A stretch of DNA of 64,000 nt from Clostridia bacterium (GTDB lineage: Bacteria; Bacillota; Clostridia; Oscillospirales; CAG-382): positions 72,576 to 136,575 of the forward strand of contig JAFZDO010000041.1 in the NCBI GenBank assembly GCA_017561145.1, given 5' to 3'. Both the position numbers and the translations under genes were made by a program. The notes below the pieces were generated by a model. It did no database searches and had not been told where the DNA came from. It saw only the letters and a list, made by a program, of their open reading frames with translations. Of the stretch, positions 52,857 through 60,788 are shown in pieces. Every line of letters starts with the position of its first letter. Positions within the stretch are counted from its first letter, which is position 1.

Positions 52857-53852
52857 ATGAAATTAAACGCTATTTTTGCATCGAATATGGTTTTTGCGGC
52901 TAACAAGCCGATACGCGTTTACGGCGAGGGTGCCGGAAATGCCGAAATCAGCTTTGCGGGCAAGGTAATCAACGCAAATTCTAACGGCGGATTCTGGATG
53001 GTCGAATTTCCCGAAATGGGATACGGCGGCCCTTATGAGCTGACCTTTAAAAGCGAAACGGGCACGGTAATTCTGTCCGATATTTACGTTGGCGAGGTCT
53101 ATTTGTTCGCAGGTCAATCGAATATGCAATTCAAGCTTAACGAATCGTTGACCCCCAAGGAAAATTATGAAACCAACGAGCTTATGCGCCTTTACTCGAC
53201 CGAAAGGATCGAAAAAACAGACCGTTTTACCCCCAATGACGGTTGGGTCAAATGTCTTGCCGAGCAAGCGGGCGATTGGTCTGCGATAGGCTATCTCGTT
53301 TCTCGTCATATCTGCAAGGAAAAGGGCGTCGCTATCGGTGCGATCGTATGCTACCAGGGCGCATCTGTTATCGAAAGCTGGGTGCCCGCGGGAACCTTTG
53401 GCAAGCTGGGCATAAATCTTTTGCCCGAGGAAAAGCATCAAGACCATTTTCTCGACATTTTCTCGGAATGGAACGGCGACGGAACGCTTTATTCCTTTGC
53501 GTTTTCGCAGATCACCCCCTATTCCCTCTCGGCGGTCGTTTGGTATCAGGGCGAAAGCGATACCTCGCTTACCGAATCGAAGCTTTACAAGACCGAGCTT
53601 ACCGAAATGATAAAAATTTGGCGTGCCGACCTTAAAAACGATTCCCTTCCCTTTGTTATCGTTCAGATCGCCGATTTCGAGCCGCGTGATGACGAGGGCT
53701 GGCATACGGTTCAAAAGGCGCAAGCTGAAATTCAGCACGAAGTCGATTTCGTGAAGACCGTGATCTCCGCCGACGTCTGCGAAAAGGATAACATCCACCC
53801 GCCCACAAAGGACATCCTTTCCGAAAGAATAGCGAAAGCATTAACTGAATAA
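52857..53852 (+). CDS. Sialate O-acetylesterase-like (SASA/SGNH-type) carbohydrate esterase, no signal peptide
   Basis: VYLFAGQSNMQF and WYQGESD motifs are typical of the SASA domain. Confidence 0.8.
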   Translation: MKLNAIFASNMVFAANKPIRVYGEGAGNAEISFAGKVINANSNGGFWMVEFPEMGYGGPYELTFKSETGTVILSDIYVGEVYLFAGQSNMQFKLNESLTPKENYETNELMRLYSTERIEKTDRFTPNDGWVKCLAEQAGDWSAIGYLVSRHICKEKGVAIGAIVCYQGASVIESWVPAGTFGKLGINLLPEEKHQDHFLDIFSEWNGDGTLYSFAFSQITPYSLSAVVWYQGESDTSLTESKLYKTELTEMIKIWRADLKNDSLPFVIVQIADFEPRDDEGWHTVQKAQAEIQHEVDFVKTVISADVCEKDNIHPPTKDILSERIAKALTE

Positions 53853-53858
53853 ACATAT

Positions 53859-53896
53859 AACACAGCCGAAAAAATACATCGGCTGTGTTTTTTCTT
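53859..53896 (+). terminator. Rho-independent terminator
   Basis: aacacagccga-9 nt-tcggctgtgtt 11-bp stem then T6. Confidence 0.9.
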
Positions 53897-53932
53897 TCGG
53901 ATTAAGATTCGGTAAAGATACGGGTGATTCCG

Positions 53933-53961
53933 TTGACAATATACAGTCCAAATGTTAATAT
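53933..53961 (+). promoter_or_regulatory. Promoter of hppA, giving a ~130-nt leader
   Basis: TTGACA (53933-53938), 17-nt spacer, TGt-TAATAT (53956-53961). Confidence 0.7.
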
Positions 53962-54096
53962 CGTCTTCGATTGGTGTAAGCGCATAAGCGTTTTGAACGC
54001 GCAAATTTAGTCGGTTTTTTGCTTGATTTCGCGCATTAAAAAAACAGTTTCGAGCGCTTATTACCTAATAAAAATTAATACGGAGGGTAACCTACC

Positions 54097-56199
54097 ATGA
54101 CGATCTTTTATGGCATTTCTATTTTGATTGCCGCGATCGCTTTTGCGTTTGCAGCTTACCTTTACTTCTGGGTAAAGAAGCAACAGCAAAACAACAAGCG
54201 TATCACCGAAGTTGCCGGTCTCATTCGTGACGGCGCCAACACATTTATGAAGAGAGAGTATAAGATCCTTGCGGTTTTCGCGCTTATCGTTGCAGTTCTT
54301 ATCACGCTCTTCCTCCCCAACCCCATCTGGAACGCTGAAACAGTTGACGGCAGATGGAGCGGTTGGAACAACATCACTATGGCTATCGCTTATATTTGCG
54401 GTACCATCCTTTCCGCTATCGCAGGCAAGCTCGGACTTGTTGTTGCATCTCTTTCCAACGGCAGATCTGCAGAAGCTGCCGCAAAAGGCATAAAGCCCGC
54501 ATTTCTTATCGGCTTCCGCGGTGGTTCCGTAATGGGTCTTATCGTGGTAGGCTGCGCGGTGCTCGGCGTTTCTGTTGCTCTTTGGACGCTTCACGACGCT
54601 TCTCTCCTTCTCGGCTTCTCCTTCGGTGCAAGCTCGCTTGCATTGTTCGCAAAGGCAGGCGGCGGCATTTTCACCAAAACCGCAGACGTTGCAGCTGACC
54701 TTACCGGTAAGGTAGAGCTCGGAATCGCAGAAGACGACCCCAGAAACCCTGCGGTTATTGCAGATAACGTTGGCGACAACGTCGGCGACGTTGCAGGTAT
54801 GGGTGCTGACCTTTTCGACTCTAACGTTGCCGCACTTACCTCTGCGCTCGTTATCGCAACCTCCCTTACCCAAGGCATGGTTGAACTCAGTATGAAGATG
54901 GTTCTCTGCTATGCGGCCCTCGGCCTTCTCGCTTCCATCATCGGTATCGCTACCGCTCGTATCACCAAGAACGGTACGCCCACCGGCGCACTCAATTCCT
55001 CTACTTACGTAACCTCTGCAGTATTTATGGCATTCACTGCCGCTGCTACCTATTTCTTTGATTTCTCTTGGCACATTTGGGGCTGTTCCACTCTCGGTCT
55101 TGTTGTCGGCGTTATCATCGGTCTTGCCACCGACTACTTCACCGACGACTCGAAGCCCATCGTTAAAAAGGTTGCTCACGCTTCCAAGAGCGGCCCTGCA
55201 TTCACCGTTCTTTCAGGTGTTTCCTACGGCTTCCTTTCCGCACTTCCCGCAATGATCGGTATCGCAGTTTCTGCGCTCGTTTCCTATAAAATTTGCGACA
55301 CCGAAGCGCTTCTCGCCGAATACGGCGCAAACTTCCCCTTGTTCGGTATCTCTATGGCGGCGGTCGGTATGCTTTCCATTGTTGCTATGATCATCTCTAA
55401 CGACGCTTACGGCCCCATCGTTGACAACGCACGCGGTCTTGCAGAAATGGGCGGACTCGGAGAAGATGCAATTCGCATTGCCGACGAGCTCGACTCTGCG
55501 GGTAACACCGTTAAGGCAGTTACCAAGGGCTTCTCGATAGGCGCTGCAGGTCTTACCGTTATTTCCTTGCTCGGTACCTTTATGGCAGAAGCAGAAGCAG
55601 CGGGCCATACCTTCCTCAGCGGCTTTGATATCATGAATCCCACCGTATTCTTCGGCATTCTTATCGGTGCCGCTATTCCCGCAGTATTCTCTGCAATGCT
55701 CATCCTCGGTGTTGATAAGAACGCTCAAAAGATGGTTGCCGAGATTCACCGTCAGTTCGATACCATCCCCGGTCTTAAGGAAGGCAAAGAAGACGCAAAG
55801 CCCGAATATGACAAGTGTATCGACGTTGCTACTACCGGTTCTCTCCGCGAGCTTATCCCCGCAGGCATGGTTGCTATTCTTTCCACCATCGCAGTCGGCT
55901 TCATCGGCGGTCCCGAAGCAATCGGCGGCTTCTTGCTCGGTAACATTGTTTCCGGTCTTCTCCTCTCGCTCTTCATGTCCAATGCGGGCGGTCTTTGGGA
56001 CAACTCCAAAAAATACGTTGAAGCCGGTAATGAAGGCGGCAAGGGCTCTGAAGCTCATAAGGCGGCGGTTATCGGCGATACCGTCGGCGACCCCTTCAAG
56101 GATACCGCAGGTCCTTCGATCAACACTCAGATCACCGTTGTTTCTCTCGTAGCATCGCTTCTTTCTGCGTTATTCGTCCAGTATAATATTTTCGGTTAA
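54097..56199 (+). CDS. hppA: Membrane-bound proton-translocating pyrophosphatase, K+-independent subtype
   Basis: 700 aa, ~16 TM, with DNVGDNVGD and GGLWDNSKKY motifs. GNTVKAVT (55501-55524) has the Lys/Thr pair characteristic of K+-independent H+-PPases. Confidence 0.95.
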   Translation: MTIFYGISILIAAIAFAFAAYLYFWVKKQQQNNKRITEVAGLIRDGANTFMKREYKILAVFALIVAVLITLFLPNPIWNAETVDGRWSGWNNITMAIAYICGTILSAIAGKLGLVVASLSNGRSAEAAAKGIKPAFLIGFRGGSVMGLIVVGCAVLGVSVALWTLHDASLLLGFSFGASSLALFAKAGGGIFTKTADVAADLTGKVELGIAEDDPRNPAVIADNVGDNVGDVAGMGADLFDSNVAALTSALVIATSLTQGMVELSMKMVLCYAALGLLASIIGIATARITKNGTPTGALNSSTYVTSAVFMAFTAAATYFFDFSWHIWGCSTLGLVVGVIIGLATDYFTDDSKPIVKKVAHASKSGPAFTVLSGVSYGFLSALPAMIGIAVSALVSYKICDTEALLAEYGANFPLFGISMAAVGMLSIVAMIISNDAYGPIVDNARGLAEMGGLGEDAIRIADELDSAGNTVKAVTKGFSIGAAGLTVISLLGTFMAEAEAAGHTFLSGFDIMNPTVFFGILIGAAIPAVFSAMLILGVDKNAQKMVAEIHRQFDTIPGLKEGKEDAKPEYDKCIDVATTGSLRELIPAGMVAILSTIAVGFIGGPEAIGGFLLGNIVSGLLLSLFMSNAGGLWDNSKKYVEAGNEGGKGSEAHKAAVIGDTVGDPFKDTAGPSINTQITVVSLVASLLSALFVQYNIFG

Positions 56200-56209
56200 T
56201 AAAAAATAA

Positions 56210-56242
56210 AAAGAGGCTGTTGAAATATACAGTCTCTTTTGT
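56210..56242 (+). terminator. Rho-independent terminator of hppA
   Basis: aaagaggctgt-8 nt-acagtctcttt stem (one G-T pair) then TTTTGTT. Confidence 0.75.
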
Positions 56243-56282
56243 TAAAATTAAATCATCACAGGGACGCAAAAAGGAGCAGGAA

Positions 56283-57341
56283 ATGAAGAAAAGCGTTATA
56301 AAGGATATAGCAAAAACGGTGGTGTTTCTCGTTACCGCATTTTTTATAAGCGTCATATTTCAGGATATTTTCGAAATTGACGAGCACGTTTCTACCCTTT
56401 TTGCATTTGCAATCTTTCTTATTTCGTTAAGCACCAACGGTTATATTTACGGCATCGTTTCGGCTTTTATCGGCACGCTTGCAATAAACTATGCATTCAC
56501 CTTTCCCTATTTTGCATTTAACTTCACGATTCCCGTTAACCTTATTTCGGCAATCGTTATGGTTACGATCGCATTACTCACAAGCGCGTTAACAACAAAA
56601 ATAAAACGCCAGGAAGCGATCAAAGCGGAAAGCGAACGTGAAAGAATGCGTGCAAATCTGCTTCGCGCAGTTTCACACGATATCAGAACGCCGCTTACTA
56701 CCATCTACGGCTCTGCAGAAGCGTTGATCGAAAACGGCAAAACGCTTACCGAGCAGCAAAAAAGCAAAATGCTTGAGGGTATTAAAGAGGATGCAGTTTG
56801 GCTTGTGCGAATGGTCGAAAACCTTCTTTCGGTCACTAAAATCGATAGCGGCAGAGTTAAAATCATCAAAACGCCCGTTGTGCTCGACGAGCTTATCGAT
56901 GCGGTTTTGGTCAAGTTCAAAAAACGCTATCCCCAGCAGTCCGCCGAAATATTGCTGCCCGAGGAAATCGTTGTCATTCCCGCTGATGCAATACTTATCG
57001 AACAGGTTATCATCAACCTTTTGGAAAACGCGGTTATGCACGCAGGTGATTTTACAAGATTGACGCTCCGTGTATACGTAAAAGATTCTACCGCCTATTT
57101 CGAGGTTGAGGACGACGGCTGCGGTATCCCAAGCGAAAAGCTTTTGAAGCTTTTTGACGGCTATCAAGGCTCCGAAAGTGATGACAAAGCCGACTCCAAA
57201 AAGAAAAACGCAGGCATCGGTCTTTCGGTCTGCGCCTCTATCATTCATGCGCACGGCGGAGAAATCACCGCCGAAAATACAACAAACGGAGCGATTTTCC
57301 GTTTTTCACTCAAAATTGAGGAGAATAGGGATGAACAATAA
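56283..57341 (+). CDS. Sensor histidine kinase of the KdpD C-terminal type (DUF4118-like membrane domain, HisKA, HATPase), lacking the KdpD N-terminal sensor
   Basis: Start at the ATG after AAAGGAG. Four-TM region as in KdpD, H-box LRAVSHDIRTPLTTIYG, N-box LLENAVMHA, G-box DDGCGI. Confidence 0.85.
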   Translation: MKKSVIKDIAKTVVFLVTAFFISVIFQDIFEIDEHVSTLFAFAIFLISLSTNGYIYGIVSAFIGTLAINYAFTFPYFAFNFTIPVNLISAIVMVTIALLTSALTTKIKRQEAIKAESERERMRANLLRAVSHDIRTPLTTIYGSAEALIENGKTLTEQQKSKMLEGIKEDAVWLVRMVENLLSVTKIDSGRVKIIKTPVVLDELIDAVLVKFKKRYPQQSAEILLPEEIVVIPADAILIEQVIINLLENAVMHAGDFTRLTLRVYVKDSTAYFEVEDDGCGIPSEKLLKLFDGYQGSESDDKADSKKKNAGIGLSVCASIIHAHGGEITAENTTNGAIFRFSLKIEENRDEQ

Positions 57342-58032
57342 ATATAAAATTCTTATTATCGAGGACGAATCGAATATCCGCACAATGGTCTCAACAATGC
57401 TCGAAACAAACGGCTATCAAGTTATTCTTGCAGAAACCTGTTCTACCGCAAAATTGATATTTGACTCGCACCTGCCCGACCTTGTTATTCTTGATTTGGG
57501 GCTTCCCGATGCAGACGGAATCCAGTTTATCAAGCACGTTCGAAAGAATTTGTTAACGCCTATAATCGTACTTTCGGCACGAACATCCGAAAGTGACAAG
57601 GTGATAGCACTCGACTGCGGCGCAAACGATTACGTTACAAAACCATTCGGTGCTGCAGAGTTTCTTGCGCGTGTGCGAACGGCATTACGAATCAACCGTC
57701 ACAGCACAAAGGAGGGCAAGCTCCCCGGAGGAAAATTCACGCTTGGAGATATGACGATCGACTATGATGCAAGGCGAGTTTCTATCCGCGGCGACGAGAT
57801 CAAGCTCACCCAAACAGAATATAATATTCTCGCAGTCCTGTCGGAGCATTGCGGAAAAATGATGACATACTCGGCGATAATAAAAGCTATTTGGGGTGAA
57901 TCCGCAGACGAAGGAAGCATTAAAAAGCTTCAGGTAAATATGGCAAACATCCGAAGAAAGCTTGGAATAAAACCGGGTGAGGCAAAATATATCATTAACG
58001 AGCTCGGCGTAGGCTACCGAATGGATCAATAA
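57331..58032 (+). CDS. OmpR-family response regulator, KdpE-like
   Basis: Start at the ATG after GAGGAG, overlapping the kinase end by 11 nt. ILIIEDE, DLGLPDADG, PIIVLSAR..E.DKV.ALD.GA.DYVTKPF pattern and a winged-helix C-terminus. Confidence 0.9.
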   Translation: MNNKYKILIIEDESNIRTMVSTMLETNGYQVILAETCSTAKLIFDSHLPDLVILDLGLPDADGIQFIKHVRKNLLTPIIVLSARTSESDKVIALDCGANDYVTKPFGAAEFLARVRTALRINRHSTKEGKLPGGKFTLGDMTIDYDARRVSIRGDEIKLTQTEYNILAVLSEHCGKMMTYSAIIKAIWGESADEGSIKKLQVNMANIRRKLGIKPGEAKYIINELGVGYRMDQ

Positions 58033-58092
58033 TAGCATAAACATTCTTTAGATCTTCGGTGCAAAAGCGACAAGCATTAACCAAATAACGTC

Positions 58093-58129
58093 AAAAGCAC
58101 TTGCAAATGATTTTGCAAGTGCTCTTTTG
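58093..58129 (+). terminator. Rho-independent terminator of the two-component operon
   Basis: agcacttgcaaa-tgat-tttgcaagtgct 12-bp stem then CTTTT. Confidence 0.85.
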
Positions 58130-58136
58130 TTAGCAT

Positions 58137-58168
58137 AAAAACACCGCCAAGGAAATCCTTGGCGGTTA
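58137..58168 (-). terminator. Rho-independent terminator of the opp-type operon
   Basis: acaccgccaagg-aaat-ccttggcggt stem; T-run follows on the minus strand. Confidence 0.85.
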
Positions 58169-58172
58169 TTTT

Positions 58173-58451
58173 TTAATCGAACCAAACGTAAATGCAGAAC
58201 AAAATGAACAGAAGACCTGCAAGGGCGAAGATTCCCGCAACCAACAACGCCGCCGCGAAAACGCCGCCCATCATTGCGCGTGTTTCCGACCTTGTAAGCG
58301 GAACGTCATCGATCGGTCTTTCCCCTTTTTCCTTTTTCTTGCCGCCGAAAATAGATTTCTTCTCGGTGTACCAAGGCATACCGTCGATGTTCATCGGAGA
58401 TATTACTCTTCCGTCATCATCGTCGTATTCTTTCTTCTTTCGTTTGCTCAT
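58173..58451 (-). CDS. Small tail-anchored membrane protein (92 aa) at the end of the opp-type operon
   Basis: Starts 5 nt after the ATPase stop. Lys/Asp-rich N-terminus and a single C-terminal TM (VFAAALLVAGIFALAGLLFILFCIYVWF). RBS spacing is long, so coding status is uncertain. Confidence 0.5.
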   Translation of the reverse strand: MSKRKKKEYDDDDGRVISPMNIDGMPWYTEKKSIFGGKKKEKGERPIDDVPLTRSETRAMMGGVFAAALLVAGIFALAGLLFILFCIYVWFD

Positions 58452-58456
58452 AAATA

Positions 58457-59581
58457 TTACATATTCTCCTGCTTGTCATACAAGTGGCAAGCTACGAAAT
58501 GGCCGGGCTCATATTCCTTGAATTCGGGTGCTTCGTTCTTGCAACGCTCGGTGCACTGTGCGCAACGGGTGTGGAACTTACATCCCTTCGGGGGATTTGC
58601 AGGGCTGGGAAGATCGCCGTCAAGCACGATACGATTCATCTTCACGTCGGGATCGGGAACGGGGATCGCAGAAAGGAGTGCCTTTGTGTAGGGATGCATC
58701 GGATTTTCGAACAAATTGTCCTTCGATGCCTTTTCAACCATACTGCCAAGGTACATAACCGCAACCTCATCCGAGATGTGCTGTACAACCGAAAGGTCGT
58801 GCGAAATGAAGATGTAGGTCAGTCCTCTTTCCTTCTGAAGGTCCTTAAGAAGGTTGATGATCTGTGCCTGAATCGAAACGTCAAGTGCGGAAACGGGCTC
58901 GTCGCAAACGACAACCTTAGGCTTCATCGCAAGTGCACGTGCGATACAAATTCTCTGTCTTTGACCGCCCGAGAATTCGTGAGGATATCTGTCCTTATGA
59001 TATTCCTGCAAGCCGCAGTCCTTCATAACAGAGCTGATATAATCGTCAAATTCTTCCTTGGGAACAATTTCGTGTTCTCTGACTGCCTCGCCGATGATTT
59101 CACCGATGGGAAGTCTGGGGCTAAGGCTGGAATAGGGGTCCTGGAAAATGATCTGGATATCGGGGCGGAGCTTGTTAAGAGCTTTTCTGCCCAATCTGTT
59201 GATATCGATACCGTTTTGATCAAAATATTCAAGAAGCGAATTCTTGTCCGAGCCGACGGTGCTTGCCGCTTCCTTGGGCAACGCTTTTTTAAGCTCTGCA
59301 ACGGTAAGCTTTTCAAGGCTGAGACCGCGATAGAGAACCTCGCCCTCGGTAATGGGGTAAAGACGGAGCATAGTTCTGCCCATAGTCGTCTTACCGCAGC
59401 CCGATTCGCCAACGACGCCGAGAGTAGTACCGGGTTTGATCTCAAACGATACGTCATCAACAGCCTTTACGTTGCCGATAGTCTTTTTAAAGAAGCTCGA
59501 TTTGATCGGGAAATACTTTTTAAGTCCGTGTACCTCTACGATAGGCTTATCCATAGTATTGCCGAAAGTATTAGAGTTCAT
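58457..59581 (-). CDS. Oligopeptide/dipeptide ABC transporter ATP-binding protein (OppF position)
   Basis: GGAGGTG RBS. Walker A GESGCGKTT, signature FSGGQRQR, Walker B VVCDEPVSALD, and the C-terminal Opp/Dpp Cys-containing extension. Confidence 0.9.
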   Translation of the reverse strand: MNSNTFGNTMDKPIVEVHGLKKYFPIKSSFFKKTIGNVKAVDDVSFEIKPGTTLGVVGESGCGKTTMGRTMLRLYPITEGEVLYRGLSLEKLTVAELKKALPKEAASTVGSDKNSLLEYFDQNGIDINRLGRKALNKLRPDIQIIFQDPYSSLSPRLPIGEIIGEAVREHEIVPKEEFDDYISSVMKDCGLQEYHKDRYPHEFSGGQRQRICIARALAMKPKVVVCDEPVSALDVSIQAQIINLLKDLQKERGLTYIFISHDLSVVQHISDEVAVMYLGSMVEKASKDNLFENPMHPYTKALLSAIPVPDPDVKMNRIVLDGDLPSPANPPKGCKFHTRCAQCTERCKNEAPEFKEYEPGHFVACHLYDKQENM

Positions 59582-60776
59582 TCAAAAGCACCTCCGGATC
59601 TACAGTCTTGGGATATTCAACGAATTCGCCCTCATCTCCGCGGTAGCAGGAAACGTAGTGAGTATCGCTGACCTTATACATAGGCGGATATTTTCCGTCG
59701 CACTTTTCGGTGCAATAATCGCAACGGTCCTTGAAATAGCAGTAGTTAGGCATATTTACAGGGTTGGGAACGCTGCCGCGGATGTTATAAAGCGCATCGA
59801 CCTTCTTGTTGATAGCAGGCTTGCTCTTCATAAGACCGATAGTATAGGGGTGGATCGGGTTGTGGAAGATATCTTCCTTGGTACCCTTTTCAACGATTCT
59901 GCCCGCATACATAACCACAACGTAGTCCGCCATGTGAGCGATAACGCCGAGGTCGTGGGTGATAAGCATGATGGAACTGTTGATCTTGTCCTTCAATTCC
60001 TGAAGAAGATCAAGTATCTGCGCCTGAATGGTAACGTCAAGCGCGGTAGTGGGTTCGTCAGCAATAATAAGCTCGGGGTTACATACAAGCGCCATTGCGA
60101 TCATAACACGCTGACGCATACCGCCCGAAAGCTCGTGAGGGAACATTTTGTAAACGCCCTCTGCGTTTGCGATACCAACCTGCTTGAGCATATCGATGGT
60201 CTTAGCCTTGACCTCTTCCTTTGTAAGACCGGGAGAGTGAAGGTTAATAACTTCATCGACCTGCATACCGATACGGAACACAGGGTTCAAGCTTGTCATC
60301 GGCTCCTGGAAGATCATCGAGATCTTGTTGCCGCGTATTTTCATCATTTCCGAATTGGGAACGTTTACGATATTGTAGGCTTTGCCGTCATCGAAATTGA
60401 AACGGATCTCGCCGCCTACTACCTGACCGACAGGTCTTTGGAGAAGCTGCATAACCGAAAGCGAGGTAACGCTCTTGCCGCAGCCCGATTCACCAACAAC
60501 GCCGACGGTGCTGTTCTTCGGAATGTCAAAGCTGATACCGTCGACCGCCTTTACTGTACCGATATCGGTAAAGAAGAAGGTACAAACGTTATCAAATTCA
60601 AGAATATTGTTCTTATCGCGCATTTCGGTGATATAAGTGTCGGGATTGACGTTATTCGCCGCTCTGCGCTTTTCGAGCTTTTTGGTGAGCTTTTTGTTGA
60701 AAGCGGAAATCTTGCGCGATTCTTTGCTGTTGATATATGAGCTCTTCTTTTTGGTTTTTTCAGTGTTAGTACTCAT
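59571..60776 (-). CDS. Oligopeptide/dipeptide ABC transporter ATP-binding protein (OppD position) with a ~50-aa basic N-terminal extension
   Basis: AAAGGAGG RBS. Walker A GESGCGKS, signature LSGGMRQR, Walker B IIADEPTTALD. 11-nt overlap with the next gene. Confidence 0.9.
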   Translation of the reverse strand: MSTNTEKTKKKSSYINSKESRKISAFNKKLTKKLEKRRAANNVNPDTYITEMRDKNNILEFDNVCTFFFTDIGTVKAVDGISFDIPKNSTVGVVGESGCGKSVTSLSVMQLLQRPVGQVVGGEIRFNFDDGKAYNIVNVPNSEMMKIRGNKISMIFQEPMTSLNPVFRIGMQVDEVINLHSPGLTKEEVKAKTIDMLKQVGIANAEGVYKMFPHELSGGMRQRVMIAMALVCNPELIIADEPTTALDVTIQAQILDLLQELKDKINSSIMLITHDLGVIAHMADYVVVMYAGRIVEKGTKEDIFHNPIHPYTIGLMKSKPAINKKVDALYNIRGSVPNPVNMPNYCYFKDRCDYCTEKCDGKYPPMYKVSDTHYVSCYRGDEGEFVEYPKTVDPEVLLNEL

Positions 60777-60788
60777 TTTCCGCCTCCT

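Noticed and set aside
53975-53988. cre-like sequence TGTAAGCGCATAAG in the hppA leader.
   Set aside because: Only the left half matches the CcpA cre consensus (about 11 of 14 positions). The right half lacks the conserved C and the terminal A/T. Catabolite control of a pyrophosphatase also has no obvious rationale.
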